Assembly (NCBI GenBank): GCA_965649765.1
Contig: OZ287756.1
Span: forward strand, 17,856,001-17,920,000
DNA from: Bispira polyomma
Lineage: Eukaryota
DNA: 64,000 nt
Reading direction: 5' to 3'
Position 1 is the first letter of the stretch; each line of letters begins with the position of its first letter. The notes under the pieces are model-generated. The model worked only from the letters and a program-made list of their open reading frames with translations. It ran no database searches and was not told the origin of the DNA. The position numbers and the translations under genes are program-made. Below, one piece after another: positions 25,990-38,333 of this stretch.

Positions 25990-27640
25990 AAAATATAAAA
26001 CATTCTAGAAAGATAGGGCCTTAAAACTATAATATAACTATCCAAATTTTAGAACACTTACATTACAGGAAACCAATGCAGTTTTATAAGAGCAGGCGTT
26101 ATTGAGTCACACTTTTTCAGATTCAAAATTATCCTACCTGCTGCATTTTGCACACGTTGCAGTTTTGTAATAAGAAACTCTGGAATGTCAATGTAGAGGG
26201 AGTTACAGTAGTCCAGTTTTGCGGAGATGACTGCATGAACTATTGCTTTAGCTGATCAAACAGTCAGATATGGTCGAATAGTACGAATGTTCCTGAGATA
26301 GCAGTAGCAAGACCTACAAATGTAAGTAATATAATCATTAAATAAAAGATCTTTATCAATGATAGAACCTAGATTTTTAACACAGTGACTGGTTGGTATT
26401 TCAGCCTCAGAAATTCTGAGAGAATTACACACAATCTTGGTGTACAGTCTGGATATTCCGACAACCAAAAACTCCTTATTTCTTCACTTTTTATCCTTGT
26501 TTATTGGGGGGTTGTGTGTAACCAATGCGCCTATTAGAATGACTTGTCTGACGTCCGTCCGTCTGTCTATCTGTCTGTCCGTCTGTCCCTACATCAACAT
26601 TTTGGTTTCCGGACATTTGAAGGAAAAGTATTGCAGCTATCATCACCAAATTGTGGTGTATCATGTCAATAGCTTAGTTAAGATTGTATTTGGGCCCATT
26701 ACAAAAAAAAAAAGATGGCCGCCATGGCCACCATCTTGAAAACTATTTCCGGACATTTAAAGGAATAGTGTTGCAGCTATTATCACCAAATTGGTTGCGA
26801 AAAACAAGAAGGCTGCCACGGCCGCCATCTTGGAAACGGTTTCTGGAGATTTAAAGGAAAAGTATTGCAGCTATCATCACCAAATTTGTTGCTGGACCCT
26901 ATCCCTGATACCAATTGTCCAACCCGCCTTTTTGGGCTTCATAACCCCACTTGTTTTTACTTTGTTCCTGTTCATTGAGCTACTAATCTCTGTTATACAA
27001 TTCAATAGAAGCAGTATCCCAGAAATTTGGTCTTCATGAGTTGGTAATATTCACTTGTACAATTGATAATCATCTGCATACATGTGAAATTGAATAAGGA
27101 AATGCCTGAAAAAAGACACTAATGGTGCTGTATAGTCACAATACAGTTGAGAGCCCAGTACAGAGCCTTGAGGGACACAGCATGTTAAGATTCTCTTCTC
27201 AGACAAAATACTGCTAATCTTGACTGACAGTGTTCTTCAAGACAAATATGACCTAAACCATGAGAGCGCTGCTCCTTTAACTTCAAACATTGATTGCAAT
27301 CTTGACAAAAGCATACTGTGATAAACCGTGTCAATGGCCGCAGACAGGCCAAGAAAAGCCATCAATACCACTATTTTTACTGTCTGTGTCCTGCAATAAG
27401 TCATTTATTATTCTTAATAATGCTGTTTCTGTACTGTGTTTGCTTCTATACACAGACTGAAGGGGGTTATTTAAATTACTGCTGTTGACATGTTGACCAA
27501 GTTGCTGGGAAACCACCTTTTCAATGACCTTAGATAAGAAAGGCAATCCAGATACAGGAAGAAAGTTTTTTTAAGTAGGGTGAACACCTTGTTTTTTCGA
27601 GAGTGGAGTGATTAAAGCATGTTTGATGTCCCTTTTTACA
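25990..27640 (-). mobile_element. Degenerate, 5'-truncated L2-like LINE ORF2 (RT and C-terminal region)
   Basis: PFLSKVIEKVV...QSVYRSKHSTETALLRIINDLL, VPQGSVLG, HMYADD, then KNLGSIIDKDL...LRNIRTIRPYLT...LDYCNSL...LQRVQNAAGR...LHWFPV; contains stops and frameshifts. Confidence 0.9.
26478..26955 (+). mobile_element. Helentron/DINE-1-like non-autonomous element inserted in the L2
   Basis: (GTCY)n microsatellite near the 5' end, tandem core repeats with aagatggccgccatggccaccatcttg palindromes, T-rich flanks; it splits the L2 frame between the RT region and EFLVVG. Confidence 0.7.
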
Positions 27641-29229
27641 AATGTAGTAAGGATGATAAATCAATGACCTACAATGGTTGGTTCTAATAATGTACAAACT
27701 ACATAACCTAATAATATTACAAAATATTACTCAACATAAGCTAAATGTAAATGTGTGTTGGTTTACAGTCTAATATCCCCTGTATTGAGGCTCTATTGGA
27801 CTTCACAGTTTACATTCCCAACCTGAGCTCCTCCACTTGTCAACCAATTGCTCAGTCTCAGCTCCCTCAGGAAGCATACCACCCTTGCTGCCACATACAG
27901 CGCACGAAGACCAATGCCCTACAGCAACCAGAACAATAATTATGTTGATGTTTTTATTTCTACAGTGCCACAATCAATGAATATGCAACCTCCGTGTGTG
28001 CACATCCCAAAGTATAGTCCGATAGGAGAAAAGGTTTGTGATCATAGTTCAGTTGTAACAAGCAGACGAATATTAATGCGTAAAAGCGCTTTGATACAGA
28101 TGTGCTTTAAGGGTTTTCTTGTAAGCCTGTAATATTGTCTCAGTTCGAAGACTGGCAAGGAGACTGTTCCATTTAGCAGGTACTGCAACTAAGAATAGAT
28201 TTTATGCTTTTTAGTATTAATAATATATAGTACAATAATGAAAACCACAACATAAATATGTACACTCTTAGGTAAACTTCTAGAGCTACTGTCTGTATGT
28301 TGTATTGCACATTAGTTTCGTTTCATTGGCGCATATTACAACGTACTTGTATAAGTTTTGAATTGATATCATTGTATGAAATGTACATTCACAGTCCTTG
28401 AATGTCAAGCTATTTGGTTAAACTCGTAATGCACTCATCTAGAGTTTCAAAACCCAGCGTATTATAATGCTCTCATACAAGTTCTGAATTGAGTCCATTT
28501 ATATGAAATGTACATTTGTAGTGCAAAATAATTTATAATTATGTAGATAATCAGTGTTACATTTATAACGTTTGACAAGATTAATGATCTGTTTAGCAGA
28601 ATATATGACAGTATAGTAATTGTATTGAATCTGTCCATATAGATTAGTAGTAATATAAGTATGTAGTACGCAGTTAGAAGCCATGTGTAAAGGAATAAAG
28701 GTCATATGTACACCTGGGATATATTCTTATAGCGGGAGGGAGGGATGCCTGCCTCTGATGAATGTCTCTCAGTTCAACTTAGATCGCTAGAAATACTCTC
28801 TGCAAACCTATCTCTTCAAACTCGTTACTCCCTTATGTGGTGGTTCAACTATCAAGTTCGACCACAACCACCAGGATCGAACGTCTACAAATCAAAGTTG
28901 GAACGGCCATGCCAACGCTATTTGCCCTTATATATACCCCTTTAAAGCCCTAAAACTTAATAATGTATGATTGAGTATAAAATTGAGTACAATGCCAGCA
29001 ATCGACAAAAGAGAATGTATGAGGAGACTAGGTCATTTTCAGTTACAAATATGCTTCCTCATGGTCATACTGAAACAGGAAAGAGACAAGGCTCAGGCTC
29101 GAAGAAGACAACAGTAATTGAACCCAAGACCACCACTTGCCCCTTGCCCGCCCTCACCTTACCTTAGAGAAGGTCCGATCTCGATGAATATCAGACCCCC
29201 CACTGGATCAAGCCCTGGATCGGCAGAAA

Positions 29230-30310
<1,081 letters not shown>

Positions 30311-30929
30311 TGACAGAATACAAAGTTTGACCTAACCACCTGAGCCTGATGAGAAGCCACCCCACGCCTGAGATGTTGCTGTAACCGAAAAAAGGTTTTC
30401 AGACCACCCAAATATTCCAATTGCGTGTCAGAGATCATAGGTTTAAACTCTGTCATTTGTGTGGCCCCTTGTTTGGGAAAAAATGGGTTCAAATCCCGAA
30501 AGTGGTATGACAACTAGTTTTGAAGAGAAACATTTCAGGAAATGATTTTTTAGTCTCTGAGAAACTTTTTGTATTGCACAAATGTCAAAATATGGAAATA
30601 CAGAAAGAGTTTGTCCTTTTTTCTAAATTATTTCTTTTCCCTTAAAATTTATAATTTGCAAAGGAGATAGGGGTTTTTCTTTTAATTTGGGCTTTTGTTA
30701 TTTCGGTTATTGGGAAATTTACTGTAATTTAATTTTGACTTTGGGGTTTGAACTCTGGGCCAATGGTTTTTATAAGTTCAGTGTGTATGTACGAATTGCT
30801 TTTAGTGGGAATAGTATAATCTGTTTGTTTGGGATTTTCAACATGCAAGCTCAAATAATGTTTTTGGTGGCCCTGAAAAGGCCGAAAGTTACGACGTGTG
30901 GCGGTCTGAAAAGACTGCCAGGAGACTGC

Positions 30930-31660
30930 TGACTGGCTACTTCGCTGGTATGGTAATGGATGTGGGAGTGATGTGGGGTTGTTGTGGGCTGCACATTCTG
31001 AGCTGCTGATGCTGATCGCTGACTTTGGATAGGCTACATATTCCAAGCTGTTGCTGATCACTGGTTGGTGTTGTAAGCAGGCCAGGGGTTGGTCTCATGA
31101 TCTGTTTTAAGTCTGGGGTAACTCCTGGTTGTAACGTTTGATGAAACTGGAAATCTATGAAGTGTTGTGAGCTGTATCATCATACGTGGAGACATTCTAC
31201 AGGCTTTTGAAAACTGAAGTTGAGGCACAAAGGTTGAAAGTGCAGGTGGCTTGGACTGTGTGAAACTGAGTGTGGTTCTCACGAAATCACTACGTGGATG
31301 ACTTGCACTATGCTGTATCTTGCGAAGGGTGGCAAATGTCTCGTTCCTGTATGTCTGGAAATCCCCTTCATCCGACTTCTCGGCTTCCACCGCCAGGTTC
31401 TGCAAAAAATTTGCCCTTAGAACTGTGGCTTTTTGGGCTTTTGAGTCTCAACCACAAAGTTGGACATCATGTTTTACATCTGCCCAAGGTGTTTAATCAG
31501 CTGGGTGCTGATGTCAGAGCCTTTCATGGGGTGGAGAAGGTCTGTGACTACCTTTGAGACTGGTCTTTGCGGCGCTGCACCTATGCTCGAACACCTGGAC
31601 AGGTTGTAGATCTCGGTCTGTCTCTGTGGGAAAACTCCCTGTGTTGAGGTGACACTTGAT
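30930..31660 (-). pseudogene. Probable Harbinger accessory (Myb/SANT/MADF-type) gene remnant, C-terminal part
   Basis: Coding-like, S/Q/P-rich fragments convergent on the transposase (NLAVEAEKSDEGDFQTYRNETFATLRKIQ); convergent two-gene layouts occur in Harbingers; the DNA-binding domain itself is not visible. Confidence 0.45.
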
Positions 31661-31667
31661 TTGTGCA

Positions 31668-32133
31668 AGCAAAATTCTGCATCGAACATCCGAGAAAGTT
31701 CTCCCCATAAATCACTTTCTTACATTCTTAGCGAATAAATTTGTGACAATTACATACAATGTATTATTTCTGTCCTCTAACCCCAGGGTATAAGTTTTCT
31801 AATCTGTTCCATTTCTGCATATTTTCCGAGCAAGATGTTCTAAAACTCATGAAATCCTTTCCTATTAAATATTGTAAACTAGATCCTATCCCAGTGGTTT
31901 TGCTAAATCACTGCCTCGACATTCTACTCACACCCATAACTAATATATTAAATTTTTCTCATCGGGTTGGTATTTTTCGCACCTGTTTCAAGACTGCGAA
32001 TGTAAAAAACCAGGGCTTGATAAGAACCAGCTCAAAAACTACAGACCAGTGTCAAACTTGAGCTTTGTCTCTAAAGTTATCGAGAAAGTTGTAGCGCAAC
32101 ACATTTCTGACAACTTCAACAGACACATTTCCT
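31668..32133 (+). mobile_element. L2-like LINE ORF2 fragment (pre-RT region)
   Basis: KILHRTSEKVLP...KYCKLDPIPVVLLNHCLDILLTPITNILNFS...FKTANV, frameshift, then KPGLDKNQLKNYRPVSNLSFVSKVIEKVVAQ. Confidence 0.88.
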
Positions 32134-32860
32134 CGGTAACAGGCCAAGCGGTCAGAGGTCAAGAAGACAAGGTAAATATACGACAGAATGCTGTAAAACA
32201 TTTATTTATTAAAACTAAGTGTTAGACTACTACTACTATGTACAAAGTGACTTAAGGTCACTGTAATTAAGTTAAGTTACCAAATGATAGGTGACTTAAA
32301 GGCAGGTGATAAATGTTTTATTTAGCATTAAACATAAATTTTGGTAAGGTCACCTTAGAACAAGTATTTAAAGTCCAGGTTATAAAATTTACTCAGCCCT
32401 TGGCAGTTGCATGAGCAAAGGTGACCTTAAATCAAAAGTTTAATATAGTTAAATTTACTTTGAAGTTGTTACTGTACTGTAACATTTAATCTAGTTAAAT
32501 TTACTTTGAAGTTGTTACTGTACTGTAACGTTTAATAGTATATTACTGACTAATTACAGTAAACACAGTAAACTATAGTTAAGTTTACTTTCCAGTCGTT
32601 ACTGTACTGTAACGTCTAAAGCACATTACTAACTAGTTACAGTATAAGAAACACAGTTTATCACAAGTTAAAGTAATTACAGTATAGCAATTAAAAGTAA
32701 AAGCATAAGTTGCTAATTTGAATTAAGAAGTTGTTATGGAAACGTCACACTACTATTACTTACAGGTACTATTATGTAACTGTCTGACAGAATAACTGAA
32801 AAGAGATGTAGTAAAGCTAGTAATTGACTAGAATCAGCCAAACCCCAAAATAAGTAGGAG

Positions 32861-33851
32861 TTAGGAAATGACAGAGGCAGATAGATGACGCCTAAAGGAA
32901 TCAGCCACTTGGTGGCCAGCATCAACAGTATCTGTGACATACCTCCACACGGAATCCGAAGTCCCGATACCATGATTTTGTATGTTTTGTATGCTAACGT
33001 TATGATTAAAAGCAAAAGTGGCACCTGAACGACGGAAAGCATGGAAGGTAAGCCCAGAGTTTTCCAACTTTAGTCTAAGTAACACGGTTTTTAGGTGGCG
33101 ACACACTCTGGTGTCAGTTAGAGGCACCCATTTGTGATTGACTTTAATTTGAAACAATGGTGAGTTAGGTCCCGATGGAGTGAGGGCCAGAATGGCCTCC
33201 AGTGACCCAACTGGGCGTAATAGTGAGCCCGGTAACCGAGGAATGGTCAACAGTTTGATCTGCTTGTTGTTTTGCATTGTTTTGGACCACTTAATCAACA
33301 GAACGGCTTTATCCGGGTGGGTCATGACATCTGCCCTAGCTAAATGCTTTAGCGCAGAGAATTGAGCAGTTGAATGTGGTACAAGATTGGATAGCCTGAG
33401 AAATGAAAAATAGCTGAGCAGATAAACTGCTTTAAAAACAAGCCCCATGTAAGTTGTATTCGAAACTTTCACAATGCTTTGCAGAGTGGGGATATCTATT
33501 ACCTTTTTTAGTTTAACATTGAGGGGGGCAGCCATTTGCACAGCCTTTTGGTAATAGGCAACGCGAGGGTCACTGAAAGCCTGTATCTGAACATTATGCA
33601 CAATGATTCGGCTCTGATGGCCGACAAATAGTTAGCCATGTGTGCTGGTTTGACAGGGTTAAATTGTAAAACTTCCAAAAAACATAGAAGATCAGGCACA
33701 GTCACCTGATTTAAAGGCCGATCCATGAAAGCAGCATAAGCCAGATACACCCTGTACATAGCTCTGTAAGATCTAGCAGTGGACCTACAGAAGGCTAAGT
33801 GCAGTTTCCTCACAGCATTGTCATACAACAGTTTTTGAAGTGGATTTTTGT
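32861..33851 (-). pseudogene. Tyrosine recombinase (YR), one frameshift near 33605
   Basis: FLRLSNL (catalytic R), KWSKT, HAFRRSGAT (HxxR), NHG, VWRY (catalytic Y); N-terminal helical domain in 33508-33828. Confidence 0.9.
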
Positions 33852-33891
33852 CTGAAACACAATAAAAACTACAAGGAAGACAGTGACAATT

Positions 33892-36373
33892 TTATATGTC
33901 TTCATTGAGTAGCAAGTGATGTTCAGTAACAGGACACCACTGAACTGGTCCTACAAGAGAATGCAAACGGACATGGTTAGCAGTGGACTCCTTCCAGCGC
34001 GAGAGCAGGTCAGCAGTTGTATTGTGGTCACCTAATATATGAATAACTTTTAGTTCTACATCAAAATGGCTAGCTAACATAAATATGTTACATGAATACA
34101 GGGCAAGGATACTATCCCTTGTCCTGCCATTAGTAAGGACACTGACCACAGCTTGATTGTCACATTTTATGAGGACCTTCTGACCCTGCCACTGGTTACC
34201 CCATAATTTCATTGCCACAAAAATGTTTAACATCTCCAAAGAAGCAATATTTTGATGCTGTAATCGAGCAAGTATAGGCAACGTGTACACCTTTTGTCCA
34301 TAGACCCCTCCCATACCTGTCAGACAAGCGTCCAGTTCTATGAGGGCAGTTATGGGGTTATGGTGGAAAAAAGAGTCACCATTGAATTGTTTCAAAAAAG
34401 TTCTGAACCAGGTCAAATCTTTATGGAAATCCGGAGTAACTTTGAAATGTTTGCTCTTATGATTACTTCTGAGGAGGTGAAGCATTCTATTCAAGAAAAA
34501 TCTTGAGTACTTGACACATTTAGATACATAAAGGAGTGAACCCAGTAAACACTGGAGTTCCCTTTTTGTGCAGTATTTTTTACCTGCCCAACTGTCGCAC
34601 ATGGCATGGATATTTTGTAATTTTTCATCTGGGATGGAGGTGGTTAAATTGACCGTGTCTATGTCGATACCAAGACAAGTTACCCGGGTCGCCGGAGGGA
34701 CCTATTTTTTGTCACTCAAGGTCAAACCTAGTTCAGCCAATAAGGCTTGAAGCCGGTGATAGGTATGGTATATTTTTGACGGAATCGAGCAACAAAGGAG
34801 GTCGTCTATATAATTCGTAATATGGTAGCCTTCCTTGTGCATTATATATCTGATACCATCCGATAACCTCTGGAAAATGGCCGAGCCATGCTTGTACCCG
34901 AAGGGCAACGAACTGTCCACATAGTAACCATCCCAATACAACCCCAACAAGTTTAGTTCTTTTGGATCCATAGGCACATGCCTAAAAGCGCGACTGATGT
35001 CAGCTTTAAAAATCTGAACTTTTGCCCATTTTGATAACTTGTGAGGTTATAGTGTCTATTGACGGATAAGTTAGCATAAATTCTTTGTTCAGATAAGAAG
35101 TGGGACACACAGCTGCATTAACTGAATGGCCTTGAGGCCAGCTGAGATCAATGATCACTCGACGGTTAACTGAGCTTGATTTTTCCCTGGTCATGAAGGG
35201 GGAGGTATGCAATTTTAAAATTGGTGGCACCTCAAAGGGCCCGTACGTGGCACCCAACTGACATTCTCCTTCTAAATAGTGTTTCACGTGAGTCGGATAC
35301 TGAATAGCTGAGGTGTGATTGTTAAGTTCTGACTTAAACTCGTGATCATTCTCACAGTCTAATGGAAACCCATATTTTACAAGCAGGGGGAGTTCCCAGT
35401 CCCAGTAGCCCCTCAAATACTCAGCCCACACGGAGGCATTAAGTTGAGAAGCCACAGGGACCTGGAGTCCCCTATAATTAGGGCGCCCATCCAGTTTAAG
35501 ATGCTTGGGAAGTGTAAACACATCCATTGCCAATAGGTTATTTGATTTGTCTGTAATGGGTTTTCCCCAAGACTCGAGGGGGATAAAGCCAAACTTCCCA
35601 CTGTTTTGTATATCCCACAATTTAAAAGGTGTCGCATTGGTTGGCATCCTTAAGACGTCGTCTTTTATCAGAAGATCTTTGAACTGCCTATGCATACTTG
35701 TCATCAGAATTATTCAACTCTGTTTGTTCAGGTGTTTTTGTACAAGTCTTTACACGTGGGGAAGCCCTCACACAATAGCCCATGTCAGCAACACTCACCC
35801 CCTTTTCGTCGGGTGTTTCTAACACAGCATATCTATTGTGCAGGGGTAATTGGGAAACCTGACACCCACTGCCATTGTTTTCACTTGAGGCAATAAACCC
35901 CTTGCAGGGGGACAATGAAGTACCCACACCAAGAGGTTTCTCTACACGCATTGATTTATTTTTGACACCCCAGGGACAATCAATACTACTTCTTTTGTTC
36001 CGGTGGGTTTTTTGCTTGCTGACGGACTGTCTGGGCGAGTGGACAGTTTTGTTTACATGCTTGTTGTTATACCCCTTGCCAAATGTAACGTCCCTCACTT
36101 TAGTGCAGATTCTTTTTGTGTTTGTGACCAAACAATTTTTTTCTACACTGTTCCCCCCAATTTCGCCCACCACTGAGGCTTTCTCGAGACTAGTGGGAAT
36201 ACACGGTTTCCCTTTCACAACCACGTCTTTATAAGACCTTTTCACATTTCTGTTAAAACATAAAAACTGTTTAAAATACATTTTATCACATAAATTAAAA
36301 TCTTTGAACTCTGAGTTATATACAGTCCTTGAAAACACTTGCTTATCCACTGCATTACTGCAGTGGCTCCCTA
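33892..36373 (-). pseudogene. pol (N-terminal linker, reverse transcriptase, RNase H), disrupted
   Basis: SPFMTREK...RRVIIDLSWP, ADISRAFRH, LPFG, NYIDD, CLGIDID; RNase H motifs LDAC, SLEMLN, CDNQAVV, ADLLSR; stops at about 35688 and 34702, frameshifts near 35625 and 35010. Confidence 0.9.
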
Positions 36374-36380
36374 GTTTTTT
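36347..36380 (-). other. Candidate programmed -1 ribosomal frameshift signal (gag to pol)
   Basis: A_AAA_AAC in the gag frame immediately before TAG, a 7-nt spacer, then the hairpin CCACTGCA-GTAA-TGCAGTGG; the -1 frame is the long downstream ORF. Confidence 0.8.
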
Positions 36381-37383
36381 GCTATCCCCTTTTTTGTACA
36401 CAACTTAGTCTGGTAAGGACCCTCACATGTTTCACAGCAGTGCTTAAACCACTGCCCTGAGGTTCGGTGGCTAGCATTGAACTTACAGTTACCCTCCTGA
36501 AAGAACCAACAGTTTACCCCTGGGGTTTTTGTTTGTGATTTAATTTTGCTACCAGAACTGGCCTTGGAAGCACTGGCTCCATTTGAACTATGAGAAACAT
36601 GGCGTTGGGCATGAGCCCGGCGTATACGGTCAACCTTGTCCGTGTCAGTCCATTTAAGGCGGTCTAGTTCCATATTTGTTAGCAGGATGGCATGAGATGC
36701 CTTAGCTGCATCCCACGAGAAATCGTGTGCGTCATCCATTAAATTTGCCAAATATTCTAACATGGCTTCCCTAACCTCGGGAACCTTTTGCTCTTGTACA
36801 CACCTTATAAACCCAGAAGTAAACTGCACTAGAGACAGGTCGTCATATGTAGGACGTACCTTCTTAGCCCCTGATAATACAAAATTTTGTGGCCAGTCCA
36901 CACTTCTTTTAATAGGGGCCTCAGTACCACCTCTTTGAGATTTGAGTTTACCTCCAGTGAGCTCGTTAAGCTGCTGTAACTGCAGCAGTCGTTGGTCGAC
37001 TTGGGACTGTAAACTTTCATTTGATCGTAGGAAATCTAAGGAAGGTACTACCGCCTCTACTGAACTGACTACATTACTGGCAACACTGTGGCTAACATTA
37101 GTATTAACATTAGAAGTACTACATGCCTTATGGGCGCTGGGTGAGCACAGCGCCGCCTCTGTCACCTGTACACGTTGGTCCATACTTTCGATTTTCTTGT
37201 TGAGTGACCGTAATTGCTGTAGGATTTGTTCAGAGACGGAGTCAGTAATTACCTCAGAAGCAGGGCCAACGGTGGGCACATCATCGTCGACGCTGGCATC
37301 CAGATTAAATCGATATCTCTTCCCTACGGGTCGTTCATGTTTTCCTAAGCAACTACTACACTGAAACTCCTTTTAGAAGGCAT
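36371..37383 (-). CDS. Gag-like ORF1 of the YR retrotransposon, with a 1-nt frameshift 7 codons after the ATG
   Basis: ATG at 37383 (MPSKRSF) is one base out of frame with CSSCLGKHERPVGK, which is open through a coiled-coil region (EQILQQLRSLNKKIESMDQRV), GKLKSQRGG and a Cys/His-rich end (CWFFQEGNC...HCCETC...C) to AKN*. Confidence 0.75.
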
Positions 37384-37509
37384 TATCACACATAAACAAA
37401 TTAAAAGAGGTATAAAAACATAAAATAGGGTAGTAAAGCCCCAATTGTTAAACACTCTTATTGTATGAATTCTTAAAATATAATGATGGCGCTGGTTGGG
37501 CGCCAAAGC

Positions 37510-37549
37510 CTTTTATACTTGTCCCCATGACCCCAGGTGGCCTAATTGG
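37510..37549 (-). promoter_or_regulatory. Putative Pol II promoter of the YR retrotransposon
   Basis: TATAAAAG at 37517-37510, about 130 nt upstream of the gag ATG, and CCAAT at 37549-37545 in a GC-rich patch. Confidence 0.55.
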
Positions 37550-37759
37550 CCCCCGATAGCCTGGTACCAGAACGCCTCGGCGTCAGCCCACCATAACATC
37601 GCTCTCCAGGCCTGTCCTTTCACTGGCCCGTTCGATTCTACTTGGATTTTCCCTCTTTTGGGTAGGACAGAATGGGCCAGTAGTAGGCTCGAACTTATTG
37701 ATATCCCAAATCAATGAACTAATCATGTATCCTCCCTTATGGCCTTGGTCGTCATCAAT

Positions 37760-37925
37760 ATGGCAATGATGTGTTCACATCTTGTCCAAGGATATTATCC
37801 CACCAATGAACCAAGCGGCAACAGCAGGAGTCGAACCGGGAAAGTTCCGATAACCAAACCACAGGGAGTTGACCCAGGGACCTTCTGATCACCAGGCCAC
37901 CTCCCTCACCACTAGACCACGGAAA
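37760..37925 (-). mobile_element. tRNA-derived SINE head with a doubled B-box segment
   Basis: Reverse complement has TGGTCTAGTGG (A box), GGGTCAACTCC then GGTTCGACTCC (B boxes), then tccttggacaagatg; similar heads at about 40310-40500 (-), 42675-42840 (+) and 54780-54932 (-). Confidence 0.7.
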
Positions 37926-38090
37926 ATCATAACAAATGTTATGATTAATAATCAACCTGCTTCCTCTGGACACGTTATATCATATCTATGTATCACAAGA
38001 GTGTAAAAGTTTTATATATATATTTTTTTTGTATATAGTTTCACATAAAATAGATTATAATACAGTGATCAATGATTTTATCCCAAGCTG

Positions 38091-38333
38091 CAGGGGGTGT
38101 ATTCACAGAAGGACTTAATCCTAACTTAGTCTTAAGCCTAATTTTAATGGCTAAACTATTTGAACTGCATACCCCGAATCATAGTGTTAAGTGCAAAGTT
38201 AACACTACGCAAAGGTCTTTTCTCATTGTCACTGGGACTAGGATTAAATTCTTAACACAAAAACAAAAAACCACAATCTTAAATTTAAGATTAAGGTAAG
38301 ACTAAACTAAAGCCTGTAGTGAGTATGGCCCTG
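38091..38333. mobile_element. MITE with CAGGG..TATTCAC termini and ttaag/cttag-rich subterminal repeats; truncated relative at about 4315-4466
   Basis: cagggggtgtattcac ... gtgagtatggccctg; shares cttagtcttaag...tagtgttaag...tgtcactggga with 4330-4466. Confidence 0.6.

Larger units (their letters stand above)
32134..37700 (-). mobile_element. Tyrosine-recombinase retrotransposon (DIRS order), near full length, inactivated; gag - RT/RNase H - YR, no methyltransferase domain
   Basis: Ordered gag, RT (YIDD), RNase H and YR reading frames, upstream TATA and downstream AATAAA (about 32201-32210); both ends are approximate and terminal repeats were not identified. Confidence 0.93.

Noticed and set aside
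35620-35704. A second programmed frameshift between ORF 35688-36401 and the RT ORF
   Set aside because: The homologous relic at 62740-62870 reads through this region in one frame, so a nonsense change plus a 1-nt indel from decay explains it better.
36942-37364. Plus-strand ORFs of 105-140 aa over the retrotransposon (also 35505-35822 and 35875-36234)
   Set aside because: They are antisense shadows of gag and pol with no independent motifs.
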